From positions 16,831-80,830 of the forward strand of contig CADCHG010000003.1 in the NCBI GenBank assembly GCA_902801155.1: 64,000 nucleotides of DNA. Reading direction: 5' to 3'. Below the pieces are notes generated by a model. It was not told where the DNA came from. It ran no database searches and saw only the letters and a list, made by a program, of their open reading frames with translations. Positions within the stretch are counted from its first letter, which is position 1; each line of letters starts with the position of its first letter. Shown here piece after piece: positions 28,380 through 38,154 of this stretch. The stretch comes from an uncultured Prevotellaceae bacterium. Lineage in GTDB: Bacteria; Bacteroidota; Bacteroidia; Bacteroidales; Bacteroidaceae. The translations under genes were made by a program, and so were the position numbers.

Positions 28380-29846
28380 ATGAAAGAATTCTTTACTTTT
28401 GTCGCTATAGCTCTATGTGTTTTGTTCGCTTCTTGCACTAACATGCCAGAGAATGTAACTAAGACAGATAGTTTGCCTCCAATTTTCCCTGATTATACTG
28501 ACGTGACAATTCCTGTTGGCATTGCTCCTCTTAACTTCAATGTTATGGGACATGTGGATTGTGTTGACGTAGTTGTTAAAGGAAGTAAGACTGGAGAACT
28601 TCATGTAAATGGTGAATGGGCATCTTTCGATTTAGATGAATGGCATGAGCTTGTATCTGCAAATAGAGGTGGAAAACTTACGCTAACGGTTTGTGCAAAG
28701 ATTGATGGGAAATGGATTGGTTACAAAGACTTTGATATTTATGTTAGTAAATATGAACTCGATGAGTGGGGATTGACTTATCGCCGTATTGCCCCAGGTT
28801 ATGAGATTCATAGCCAAATGGGTATTTATCAGCGTGATTTGAGTACATTTGGCGAATTTTCTATTATCGACAACAGCGAGACATATGGCATGTGTGTTAA
28901 CTGTCATGCGTCAAATCGTACTAATCCTGATAAGTTCGTATTTCATGTGCGAGGAGATCATGGAACCACATTGATACAAATGTCAGATCGTAGAGAGCTG
29001 TTGAAAGCAAAGAATGACAGGTTGGGGGGCTCGATGGTATATCCTTATTGGCATCCTTCGGGAAAGTATTGTGCATTTTCAACCAACCAGACGAGACAAG
29101 GCTTTCATGTTTCAGATCAGAATCGTATAGAGGTGTTTGATCTCTCCTCTGATGTATTTGTTTATGATCCAGTAAAGCGTGAAATTATCTCTGATTCTTT
29201 GATTTCAACAAAAGATTGGTCTGAGAATTGCCCGGTATTCTCACCTGATGGAAAGAAACTTTACTTCATCACTTGTTTCCAGCAGTCATATCCAATGCAC
29301 TACAAGGATGAAAAATACAATCTCTGTAGTATTGATTTTGACCCAAAGACTGCAATTTTCGGGGATAGGGTAGATACCTTGTTTAATGCAGTAGCAAAGG
29401 GCAAGAGTCTTACTTGGCCAAAACCATCGTATGATGGAAGATTCATTATGTTCACTCTTCTCGATTATGGTTATTTCAGTATTTGGCATAAGGAATCAGA
29501 ACAATGGATTCTTGATCTGAAGACGGGTGAGTCTCGTCCTGTAAATGAGATTAATAGCAATGAAGCTGACAGTTATCATAACTGGAATACTAACAGCCGT
29601 TGGATTGTTTTTACTTCAAGACGTGCTAACGGCCTGTATTCTCAGTTGTTCCTTGCATCTATTGATGAGAAAGGTAAAGCAACAAAGCCATTCCTTCTAC
29701 CTCAGGAGAACCCTCAGAAGTATTACGAAGAGACATTGTATTCATTTAATACTCCTGATTTCACGAAAGTCAAGGTACACTTCGATAGTTCTGCTGCAAT
29801 TCGTGAAATCGAAGGCGACCAAAGAGTTGCTACAAAAGTAAGATGA
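28380..29846 (+). CDS. TolB/PD40-like beta-propeller lipoprotein with a CxxCH motif
   Basis: Lipobox FASC; PIFPDY, CVNCH, YPYWHPSGKY, PVFSPDGKKLYF, SYHNW...WIVFTSRR. Confidence 0.8.
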   Translation: MKEFFTFVAIALCVLFASCTNMPENVTKTDSLPPIFPDYTDVTIPVGIAPLNFNVMGHVDCVDVVVKGSKTGELHVNGEWASFDLDEWHELVSANRGGKLTLTVCAKIDGKWIGYKDFDIYVSKYELDEWGLTYRRIAPGYEIHSQMGIYQRDLSTFGEFSIIDNSETYGMCVNCHASNRTNPDKFVFHVRGDHGTTLIQMSDRRELLKAKNDRLGGSMVYPYWHPSGKYCAFSTNQTRQGFHVSDQNRIEVFDLSSDVFVYDPVKREIISDSLISTKDWSENCPVFSPDGKKLYFITCFQQSYPMHYKDEKYNLCSIDFDPKTAIFGDRVDTLFNAVAKGKSLTWPKPSYDGRFIMFTLLDYGYFSIWHKESEQWILDLKTGESRPVNEINSNEADSYHNWNTNSRWIVFTSRRANGLYSQLFLASIDEKGKATKPFLLPQENPQKYYEETLYSFNTPDFTKVKVHFDSSAAIREIEGDQRVATKVR

Positions 29847-29943
29847 ACGTTTGTTTTTAATTGCTCCAACACATTTCGACGGTCATAACGATGAATTTCG
29901 CCAGAAAATAGGTGTGCGCAAATAAAATAACGTTAATTCGACG

Positions 29944-29981
29944 AAAACGGTAATCTCACTATCTGTGATATTACCGTTTTT
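29944..29981. terminator. Bidirectional terminator between convergent genes
   Basis: AAAACGGTAAT.TCAC...GTGA.ATTACCGTTTT. Confidence 0.75.
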
Positions 29982-30002
29982 GACAGTAATGCCGAGTGAT
30001 GT

Positions 30003-30647
30003 TTACATTGCAGGCTTGATATTCAGATTAACACCGAGCGACTGCTCACTGTCTATAATCGTCCAACTGCCAGTAGGATAGATGTGTTCTACGCGTTTCT
30101 GATAGCCACGATCTATCAGTTCATTAACCACGGCATCACGGCGGTCGCCAACAGCAAAGCCGAGATGATGCACACCATAACCATGCTCCTTTATAAATTC
30201 GTTATAGGTGCTTGGATTATCGTCTAATATCTGGTGCAACTCAATGATGAATCCCTGCGGAGCCATGATAGACGCAAGTTTTAAACCATATTTATAATTC
30301 TTGCCGTAGTACATCAGACTCGGGTCTGTTGTATCAACCGTTTGATGCACCCTAATCTCTGGCACAGGAACATTAAGAATCTGAGCCCATTCGCGGGCTG
30401 CGACTTCGATATCCTCAACGATAATGGCTATTTGGATGAAATTCTTCAATTCCAATGGATTGACCATCACGCCGCGATCAGCTTTCAGCTCCAGTTTATG
30501 GTTTTGAGCTTCCCAAAGGTCAGGGTTGGTAATTTGTAGCGAGTCCTTTACTGTCTCTGCCGTCTCCTTGCTCTGTGGAGCGTTTGAAGTGCATGAAGTC
30601 ATCATTAGGATAGCCGTCATGCTTGAAAGTAAAACGTTCTTTTTCAT
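30003..30647 (-). CDS. VOC-family (glyoxalase/methylmalonyl-CoA epimerase-like) lipoprotein
   Basis: Start MKKNVLL...MMTSC lipobox; QIAIIVEDIE, IELHQ, GYGVHHLGFAV. Confidence 0.8.
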   Translation of the reverse strand: MKKNVLLSSMTAILMMTSCTSNAPQSKETAETVKDSLQITNPDLWEAQNHKLELKADRGVMVNPLELKNFIQIAIIVEDIEVAAREWAQILNVPVPEIRVHQTVDTTDPSLMYYGKNYKYGLKLASIMAPQGFIIELHQILDDNPSTYNEFIKEHGYGVHHLGFAVGDRRDAVVNELIDRGYQKRVEHIYPTGSWTIIDSEQSLGVNLNIKPAM

Positions 30648-30654
30648 TGTCGAT

Positions 30655-31506
30655 TTATGCTTTAGCTTGAGGTGAATCAGGGTCAATCATCATCAGTTCC
30701 ACTTTGTTCCCGTCTGGGTCATGAATCCATGCCTGCCAGTTCTTGTCAGATGAGGTCTTAGGTTCTTGGTCAATCTCTACACCGATGTTACGCAGACGCT
30801 CCACATCGGCTAACAAATCATCAGTTTCAAGACACAGGTGCTGGAAACCGCGCGAGTTCCAACCGGTATTAGGGTTATCGCCTTCACCATTAGGAATCAG
30901 CTCCAGATATACTCCGTCAGCCATTCTCACATAATGCAGCCAAGGCTTGCCATTATCGTCATTCTGTATTCCTACGAGCTTCATTCCCAGTTTGTTACAA
31001 TAGAAATCGAGTGAAGCCTCAATATCCTTGCATACAAAGCAGGCATGACCTATTCCCACATATCCCTCGCGTCCAAATTCATAAGGAGCCTCGTTACTCT
31101 GCATCTGTACTGATTCGGGTGTGTATTCCTGTAGTTCTATGCCGTTGCCGTCAGGGTCGTAGAGCCACAGGTTCAGGCATCTGCTCTTCTCATGTTCTGG
31201 TTCAGGCGAGTCGATGTAACCTTTTTCGTAAATCTCCTGCAATGTCTTACGGATGTTGCCAACCGTAACGCAGAGGTGGTTATAGCCTGTTTTCTTGAAG
31301 TCGAAAGCATAGTCGCGGTCATTCTTTCCGTCGTAGAAAAGCTCAAGGAAATGACCTTTGCATATCTTCAGATACACAATCCACGGATCGCCATTCTCTT
31401 TATGTAGCTCGAACACTTTCTTCCATCCGAACACGTTGTTAAAATACGCTACTGTCTTGTCCATATCCAATGGATTCAAGGCAATATGAGCAATGTCTTT
31501 TATCAT
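30655..31506 (-). CDS. Tandem two-domain VOC/glyoxalase-family protein
   Basis: Two repeats of H...ELF/ELI...HLC...DPDGN.IEL/VEL. Confidence 0.9.
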   Translation of the reverse strand: MIKDIAHIALNPLDMDKTVAYFNNVFGWKKVFELHKENGDPWIVYLKICKGHFLELFYDGKNDRDYAFDFKKTGYNHLCVTVGNIRKTLQEIYEKGYIDSPEPEHEKSRCLNLWLYDPDGNGIELQEYTPESVQMQSNEAPYEFGREGYVGIGHACFVCKDIEASLDFYCNKLGMKLVGIQNDDNGKPWLHYVRMADGVYLELIPNGEGDNPNTGWNSRGFQHLCLETDDLLADVERLRNIGVEIDQEPKTSSDKNWQAWIHDPDGNKVELMMIDPDSPQAKA

Positions 31507-31755
31507 AAAGGTGTTTTTTTTATAGTTGTTTATGTCAGTTATAATATATCTACCTTAACGCATTTGATACTCAGTCAAATGCTTCTCCTTTAATCTTCTG
31601 CAAATATACGAAAATATATTCAATAACCAATCATCTTTGCAATTTTTTACCAATAACTATTAACAATCAAACGCGAAGGCGCGGAGAAAATATGATAAAG
31701 TGGATAATGCAAGTTTTTGGGGATATTTCTTTTACCTTCCTTCTCCCTTTCATGG

Positions 31756-31860
31756 AACGGACTTACAACGGATTCATAACGGTATTACAACGGACTTAAG
31801 ACTGGCTTGATTCTTCAGTGTCGGAAAGTATGATGTTGATACTGTCAGAGTATGTGTCAG
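31756..31860. repeat. 11-bp array (4 x AACGGACTTAC-like) plus a degenerate copy of the nspC-type core
   Basis: Array at 31756-31799; AAGTATGATGTTGATACTGTCAGAGTATGTGTCAG at 31826-31860 (6 mismatches in 35 bp vs 11005-11039). Confidence 0.8.
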
Positions 31861-31948
31861 ATTTAGAGAATCCTTCTACTCAAATTATATCCTTTTGTCT
31901 CTGATTTTGGGTATAATTATATAGAGGGTTACATTAAATGATGATACG

Positions 31949-31978
31949 AAAAAAGGCTCGCACAAATGGCGAGCCTTG
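31949..31978 (-). terminator. Intrinsic terminator of the minus-strand housekeeping run
   Basis: AAGGCTCGC/GCGAGCCTT stem with a T tract on the minus strand. Confidence 0.8.
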
Positions 31979-31991
31979 ATGTTATGTTTTT

Positions 31992-32975
31992 TTAATCGAC
32001 TTTTGCACCGGAAAACTTTACATACTTGATTTTCTTACCGGAAGTGATTTTGGGTTCCTTCCATTCTCCGTCGAGTACACAGATAGTGGATTTTGCATAG
32101 ATAGGTACATTGTTGATAGCAGCCTGAAGGGTCATGTAGTTTCCGAAACCCTTGGCAGATACGATAAAGTCATAGTGACGGACGTATGGCTTTAGTTCTG
32201 GACAAGCCTCTGCCATTGCATCAACAAGTAGTTCGGCAACACGATGTGCTCCGTATTCGGTATAGTGGGTGTTGTCCTTGCTCTTCTTGTCTGCGCTCAG
32301 CATGTGAAGAAGCTTTGCGTTGGTAGGACCTAGACGACTTTCGAGATCTGCAGTAATCTTTGTTGCATCGACAAAAGGTACACGGAGTTCACGAGCAACA
32401 TACTTTGGCGTTATTGCGTATGCTCCGTGGGTGTCCTTTAGCTTCTCGCTATTCTCTATGTCCACATCGTCTGACGAGCCTTTCTTGCTGCGAGCCTCGT
32501 TCACCGTTTCACGGTCTATTCGCTTTGTGAATTCGCAGCGAACCACAGGATTCATCACAATAGGGGTTGCACCCTTGCCGAGTGCTCCACGACAGAACAT
32601 ACGGATGTTGTCGTCGAAGGTGAGGCCAGCGATAGTGTGACGCTTGTCGCCTATCTTACCTTTTTCATCGTTATGTCCAAACTGGATCACAAGGTAATCA
32701 CCAGGTTTCATATCGTCAAGAACTTTCTGCCAATGACCTTCATCAATGAATGATTTCGTTGAACGTCCGTTGAGTGCGCGATTGTCAATATACACTTCCT
32801 CGGCGAAGAACCCTTGAAGTGCCATTCCCCAACCACGCTCACGTCCTTCCTTTTCAATGTCTTTATTGGCCATTGTGGAGTCACCTATGAGATAGATGGT
32901 GAACGCTTTGTTGGATGAGGTCATCGTGACGAGTGTCATGATGCTCATGGCGATTATTGTGATGAATTTACGCAT
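31992..32975 (-). CDS. SGNH/CE12 rhamnogalacturonan acetylesterase-like protein with a short pectinesterase-like tail
   Basis: GDSTM, GRSTK, FGHNDEK and DNTH catalytic blocks; tail GFGNYMTLQAAINNVP resembles the start of CE8. Confidence 0.85.
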   Translation of the reverse strand: MRKFITIIAMSIMTLVTMTSSNKAFTIYLIGDSTMANKDIEKEGRERGWGMALQGFFAEEVYIDNRALNGRSTKSFIDEGHWQKVLDDMKPGDYLVIQFGHNDEKGKIGDKRHTIAGLTFDDNIRMFCRGALGKGATPIVMNPVVRCEFTKRIDRETVNEARSKKGSSDDVDIENSEKLKDTHGAYAITPKYVARELRVPFVDATKITADLESRLGPTNAKLLHMLSADKKSKDNTHYTEYGAHRVAELLVDAMAEACPELKPYVRHYDFIVSAKGFGNYMTLQAAINNVPIYAKSTICVLDGEWKEPKITSGKKIKYVKFSGAKVD

Positions 32976-33027
32976 AACGTGAATAATTACTAAATACGAA
33001 TGACGAATTACCTATTTACTCTAACCC

Positions 33028-34413
33028 CTAACCGATTGTTGCAATAAGCTGCTCTGGTGTTACGAGTGTCTGCTCACCTGTTATCATGTTCTTGAGGGTT
33101 ACTTTCCCCTCTGCAATCTCATTGTCTCCAGCAAGGGCTACATACGGAATCTGCTTTGCATTAGCATAGCTCATTTGTTTCTTCATCTTTACAGAATCAG
33201 GGTAGATTTCCGTGCGTATGCCGTTTGCACGCGCCTTATTGGCTATTGGGAGGCAATAGGCAGTTTCCTTTTCTCCAAAGTTGATGAAGAGAAGCTGTGT
33301 GGCAGTCATTGCATCCTTTGGATAGAGGTCGAGCTGGTTGAGAACGTCGTAGATACGGTCTGCTCCGAATGAGATGCCGACACCTGATAGTCCTGGCATT
33401 CCGAAGATGCCTGTGAGGTTGTCGTAGCGTCCGCCTCCTGTGATAGAGCCGATCTGAACGTCGAGAGCCTTTACCTCGAAGATAGCACCAGTGTAGTAGT
33501 TGAGACCGCGTGCGAGGGTGAGGTCGAGCTGGAGTTCGTTCTTGAGAACAGATGTGCTACCCTCAACATATCCCTTCATTGAATCGAGTGAAGAGAGGAT
33601 ATAGCGACATTCCTCAACACCCTTTATGCCAGTTTCGGAAGAAGCGAGTACCTCTGCGATAACGTTGAGCTTCTCCTCGTTTGTTCCTTCGAGCTTGATG
33701 ATAGGCTGAAGCTTCTCAATGGCCTCTTCTGATATGCCGTCAGCACGAAGTTCATCGTTAACGGCATCGAGACCAATCTTGTCGAGTTTGTCAATGGCAA
33801 CGGTGATATCCACGATCTTGTCGGCTTCACCAATCACCTCTGCAATACCAGAGAGTATCTTACGGTTGTTGATCTTGATCTGCACGCGGATACCGAACTT
33901 TGTGAATACGGTATCTACAATCTGCATAAGCTCGACCTCGTTGAGAAGGGAGTCAGAGCCTACAACGTCGGCATCACACTGGTAGAACTCGCGATAGCGG
34001 CCTTTCTGCGGACGGTCAGCACGCCATACTGGCTGTATCTGATAACGTTTGAAAGGAAGCTGAAGTTCTTCACGATGCTGTACTACATAGCGTGCGAATG
34101 GAACTGTGAGGTCGTAGCGAAGACCTTTCTCGCAGAACTTGGCCGCAAGTTTCAGGGTGCTTGTATTTGCTACCTCATCGGCAGTCATTCCGTGGAGGAA
34201 ATCTCCTGAGTTAAGAATCTTGAAGAGGAGCTTGTCGCCTTCTTCTCCATACTTACCCATGAGGGTTGACAGGTTCTCCATGGAAGGAGTCTCTATCTGT
34301 GAGAATCCATAAAGGGCATATACATCCTTTATGGTGTTGAAGATATAGTTGCGCTTCGCCATCTCGACAGGACCGAAATCGCGAGTGCCCTTTGGTATGC
34401 TTGGTTTTGCCAT
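33028..34413 (-). CDS. hisS: Histidine--tRNA ligase
   Basis: [50 protein letters not shown]. Confidence 0.98.
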   Translation of the reverse strand: MAKPSIPKGTRDFGPVEMAKRNYIFNTIKDVYALYGFSQIETPSMENLSTLMGKYGEEGDKLLFKILNSGDFLHGMTADEVANTSTLKLAAKFCEKGLRYDLTVPFARYVVQHREELQLPFKRYQIQPVWRADRPQKGRYREFYQCDADVVGSDSLLNEVELMQIVDTVFTKFGIRVQIKINNRKILSGIAEVIGEADKIVDITVAIDKLDKIGLDAVNDELRADGISEEAIEKLQPIIKLEGTNEEKLNVIAEVLASSETGIKGVEECRYILSSLDSMKGYVEGSTSVLKNELQLDLTLARGLNYYTGAIFEVKALDVQIGSITGGGRYDNLTGIFGMPGLSGVGISFGADRIYDVLNQLDLYPKDAMTATQLLFINFGEKETAYCLPIANKARANGIRTEIYPDSVKMKKQMSYANAKQIPYVALAGDNEIAEGKVTLKNMITGEQTLVTPEQLIATIG

Positions 34414-34428
34414 GTTTAAATTAAGTGA

Positions 34429-34458
34429 CCCCCTCCCTCGGGAGGGGCGGGGGAGGGG
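34429..34458. repeat. C/G-tract REP-like palindrome
   Basis: CCCCTCCCTCGGGAGGGGCGGGGGAGGGG; related elements at 53043-53177 and 63862-63997. Confidence 0.7.
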
Positions 34459-34467
34459 TGTTTTCTC

Positions 34468-35745
34468 TTACTTTCTAACGATAGTCTGATCGCGGTCAGG
34501 ACCGATAGAGATGATGGTGATTGGAGTCTCAAGCTCAGTCTCAAGGAACTTGATGTAGTCCTTGAACTGCTGTGGGAACTCGTCCTCGCTTGTGTACTTT
34601 GTCATATCAGTTTGCCATCCTGGGAGTTCGGTATAGACAGGTTCGATACCCTTCTCGATGTCGTATGGGAAATCGCGTGTCTCAACACCGTTTACCTTAT
34701 ATGCTGTACAAGCCTTGATTGTTGGGAATGTGTCAAGAACGTCAGACTTCATCATGATGAGCTGTGTAACGCCATTGACCATGATAGAGTAACGGAGAGC
34801 TACGAGGTCAATCCATCCGCAACGACGCTCACGACCTGTAACGGCACCATACTCATGACCGATGTCACGCATCTTCTTGCCAGTCTCATCGAAGAGCTCT
34901 GTTGGGAACGGACCTGCACCAACACGTGTGCAGTAAGCCTTCATGATACCGAACACCTCACCAATCTTGTTAGGACCGATACCAAGACCTGTACATGCTC
35001 CTGCGCAGATTGTGTTTGAAGATGTTACGAATGGATATGAACCGAAATCAACGTCGAGCATAGTGCCCTGAGCGCCCTCTGCAAGCATTGACTTGCCAGA
35101 CTTGAGAATCTTACCAACCTCATGCTCAGAGTCAACAATCTGGAACTGCTTGAGGTATTCTACACCTTCCATCCATACCTTCTCGGTCTCAGCAAGTGCA
35201 GCCTCGTCATACTTGAAGTCGAGGGCTTTGAGAAGCATGATGTGACGAGCCTTGTGAGCTGCATATTTCTCTTCAAAGCCATCGAGGATATCACCTACAC
35301 GAAGACCGTCGCGTGATGTCTTGTCGGTATATGTAGGACCGATGCCCTTGCCTGTGGTACCAACCTTGTTCTTGCCCTTGAGTGACTCGTAGGCAGCATC
35401 AAGAAGTCGGTGGGTAGGCATGATGAGGTGAGCTTTCTTAGAGATATGGAGACGCTCCTTGAGTGAATGTCCGCTCTTCTCAAGATCCTTAGCCTCTCCC
35501 ATGAAGAGGTCTGGAGCAAGAACAACGCCATTACCGATGATATTAACCTTACCACCCTGGAAGATACCAGAAGGGATAGAGCGGAGGACATATTTCTGTC
35601 CTTCGAACTCGAGAGTGTGACCAGCGTTAGGACCACCCTGGAAGCGTGCTACTACATCATACTTAGGGGTCAGTACATCGACCACCTTTCCTTTACCTTC
35701 ATCGCCCCACTGCAAACCGAGCAGGACATCTACTTTACCGTTCAT
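34468..35745 (-). CDS. purA: Adenylosuccinate synthetase
   Basis: QWGDEGKGK, RFQGGPNAGHT, EGAQG, TGRERRCGW. Confidence 0.98.
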   Translation of the reverse strand: MNGKVDVLLGLQWGDEGKGKVVDVLTPKYDVVARFQGGPNAGHTLEFEGQKYVLRSIPSGIFQGGKVNIIGNGVVLAPDLFMGEAKDLEKSGHSLKERLHISKKAHLIMPTHRLLDAAYESLKGKNKVGTTGKGIGPTYTDKTSRDGLRVGDILDGFEEKYAAHKARHIMLLKALDFKYDEAALAETEKVWMEGVEYLKQFQIVDSEHEVGKILKSGKSMLAEGAQGTMLDVDFGSYPFVTSSNTICAGACTGLGIGPNKIGEVFGIMKAYCTRVGAGPFPTELFDETGKKMRDIGHEYGAVTGRERRCGWIDLVALRYSIMVNGVTQLIMMKSDVLDTFPTIKACTAYKVNGVETRDFPYDIEKGIEPVYTELPGWQTDMTKYTSEDEFPQQFKDYIKFLETELETPITIISIGPDRDQTIVRK

Positions 35746-35778
35746 TTTTATTTTTCTTTATACTTTATACTTTACTCT

Positions 35779-36987
35779 TTAACCTTTAAGAGAAGATTTA
35801 TACCAATCGAAGAGTTTCTGAACACCATCCTCGATCTCAACCTTATGAGTCCAGCCGAGAGAGTGGAGCTTGCTCACATCAATGAGTTTACGCATTGTGC
35901 CATCAGGCTTGTTTGAGTCGAAGATAACCTCGCCCTTGAAGTCAACAGCCTTTACAACGAGTTCTGAAAGCTCACGAATAGTGAGTTCCTTACCTGTACC
36001 TACGTTGATATGACAGTTGCGAATCTCGCCAAGTGATGGGATTGCACCGCCACGACCTGTAGAGTGGTTACGGTCAACTACACCGTCAGCCTTTACACCA
36101 TAGTGTACGCTTGAGTATTTCTCGATACCGATGATATCCTTGAAGTCAACGTTGAGCAGTACGTGAACTGATGCATCTGCCATATCTTCTGACCAAAGGA
36201 ACTCACGGAGAGGCTTACCTGTTCCCCAAAGAGTAACCTTGTTGTTCTCGATTCCGTAGAATGCCAGTATCTTGAGAATAAGAGCTTCGTCTGAGTTGCC
36301 GTCGATGACATAGCGTACGGTCTCGCCATTCTCCTTCATATTGGCACCAACAGGACGGATGGTGAGGTCGGCACGGATAGAAGTCCAGTCGCCGTCATGA
36401 ATGAGCTTTGCGAGATATACCTTACGCATCATGGCTGGCATAACGTGTGAGTTCTCGAGGTGGAAGTTATCGTTAGGACCATAGAGGTTTGTAGGCATAA
36501 CTGCGATATAGTTGGTGCCGTACTGCAAGTTGTAAGACTCGCACATCTTGAGTCCTGCAATCTTTGCGATTGCATATTCCTCGTTGGTATATTCAAGCTC
36601 AGATGTGAGGAGGCAATCCTCCTTCATTGGCTGTGGAGCATTCTTTGGATAAATACAGGTAGAACCCAGGAAGAGAAGTTTCTTCACGCCATGAGCATAA
36701 GCCTCACTTATTACGTTGCATTGAATCTTCATGTTCATCATCATGAAGTCTGCACGATAGAGTGAGTTTGCCATGATTCCGCCAACAAATGCAGCTGCAA
36801 GTACTACGGCATCAGGCTGTTCCTCATCAAAGAACTTCTTTACCGCATACTGGTCTGTGAGATCCAGTTCCTTATGTGAACGACCGACAAGGTTCTCGTA
36901 GCCACGAGACTTGAGGTTGTTCCAGATAGCAGATCCCACGAGACCGTGGTGACCTGCTACATATATTTTACTGTTTTTATCTAACAC
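35779..36987 (-). CDS. fcl: GDP-L-fucose synthase
   Basis: AGHHGLVGSA, VGGIMAN, LGSTCIYP, YAIAK, PTNLYGPNDNF; GTG start. Confidence 0.96.
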   Translation of the reverse strand: MLDKNSKIYVAGHHGLVGSAIWNNLKSRGYENLVGRSHKELDLTDQYAVKKFFDEEQPDAVVLAAAFVGGIMANSLYRADFMMMNMKIQCNVISEAYAHGVKKLLFLGSTCIYPKNAPQPMKEDCLLTSELEYTNEEYAIAKIAGLKMCESYNLQYGTNYIAVMPTNLYGPNDNFHLENSHVMPAMMRKVYLAKLIHDGDWTSIRADLTIRPVGANMKENGETVRYVIDGNSDEALILKILAFYGIENNKVTLWGTGKPLREFLWSEDMADASVHVLLNVDFKDIIGIEKYSSVHYGVKADGVVDRNHSTGRGGAIPSLGEIRNCHINVGTGKELTIRELSELVVKAVDFKGEVIFDSNKPDGTMRKLIDVSKLHSLGWTHKVEIEDGVQKLFDWYKSSLKG

Positions 36988-36999
36988 GATTATCGATTT

Positions 37000-38112
37000 T
37001 TACTTAACGATACCCTTTTCAAGATACTCTGCAAGGTTTGTACGAACCTCTGCTGCAACAGAGTCTGCCTTTACCTTTGCCATATCGTGCTGAACCATGA
37101 TCTCAACAAGCTGCTCGAAGCTTGTTGTCTGTGGATTCCAACCGAGTTCCTTCTTTGCCTTTGTTGGGTCACCCCAGAGGTTTACAACGTCTGTTGGACG
37201 GTAGAAATCCTCTGAAACCTCAACGAGAGTCTTGCCGATAAGTTCCTTAGGACCGTCAACGCAGATACCCTTCTCGTTGATGTCCTTGCCCTCGAACTTA
37301 AGTTCGATACCAGCAGCCTTGAATGCTGCGTATGTGAATTCACGAACAGAGTGCTGTACACCTGTTGCGATTACGAAGTCCTCAGGTGTCTCGTGCTGAA
37401 GGATGAGCCACATACACTCTACATAGTCCTTTGCATAGCCCCAGTCACGGAGAGAGTCGAGGTTACCGAGGAAGAGTTTGTCCTGCTTGCCTTGTGCGAT
37501 ACGAGCGGCAGCAAGAGTAATCTTACGAGTTACGAATGTCTCACCACGGCGCTCTGACTCATGGTTGAAGAGGATACCTGAGCAGCAGAACATATTGTAT
37601 GCCTCACGATACTCCTTGATGATCCAGAAACCATAGAGCTTGGCAACTGCGTATGGAGAGTATGGATGAAATGGAGTCTTCTCATTCTGTGGAACCTCCT
37701 CAACCTTACCGTAAAGCTCTGATGTAGAAGCCTGATAGATACGGCAAGTCTTCTCAAGATGGTTTGTACGAACTGCCTCAAGTACACGGAGAACACCTAC
37801 AGCGTCAACGTCAGCAGTGAACTCAGGAGCATCGAATGAAACCTGTACGTGTGACTGTGCTGCGAGGTTATAGATTTCGGTTGGCTGCACCTTACCTACG
37901 AGCTTAACGAGTGACATTGAGTCGCTCATATCTGCATAGTGGAGATGGAAGTTTGGTGTACCCTCAAGATGTGCGATACGCTCGCGGAAATCTACTGATG
38001 AACGGCGGATAATACCGTGAACCTCATAACCCTTGGCAAGAAGGAACTCTGAGAGATATGAACCGTCCTGACCTGTAACACCTGTGATTAATGCAATGTT
38101 TTTCTTTTCCAT
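37000..38112 (-). CDS. gmd: GDP-mannose 4,6-dehydratase
   Basis: [37 protein letters not shown]. Confidence 0.98.
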   Translation of the reverse strand: MEKKNIALITGVTGQDGSYLSEFLLAKGYEVHGIIRRSSVDFRERIAHLEGTPNFHLHYADMSDSMSLVKLVGKVQPTEIYNLAAQSHVQVSFDAPEFTADVDAVGVLRVLEAVRTNHLEKTCRIYQASTSELYGKVEEVPQNEKTPFHPYSPYAVAKLYGFWIIKEYREAYNMFCCSGILFNHESERRGETFVTRKITLAAARIAQGKQDKLFLGNLDSLRDWGYAKDYVECMWLILQHETPEDFVIATGVQHSVREFTYAAFKAAGIELKFEGKDINEKGICVDGPKELIGKTLVEVSEDFYRPTDVVNLWGDPTKAKKELGWNPQTTSFEQLVEIMVQHDMAKVKADSVAAEVRTNLAEYLEKGIVK

Positions 38113-38154
38113 TTTTATTTCGTTTTTTTATTATTTATTTCTATTCTTTGTTCT

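Noticed and set aside
30659-30670. GCTTTAGCTTGA match to the 30-bp repeat family at the VOC gene end
   Set aside because: Only 12 bp match and the flanks do not align; likely chance.
14654-31990. Genomic island integrated at tRNA-His
   Set aside because: No integrase, and no duplicated tRNA 3' end seen; the susC/D codon style looks native.
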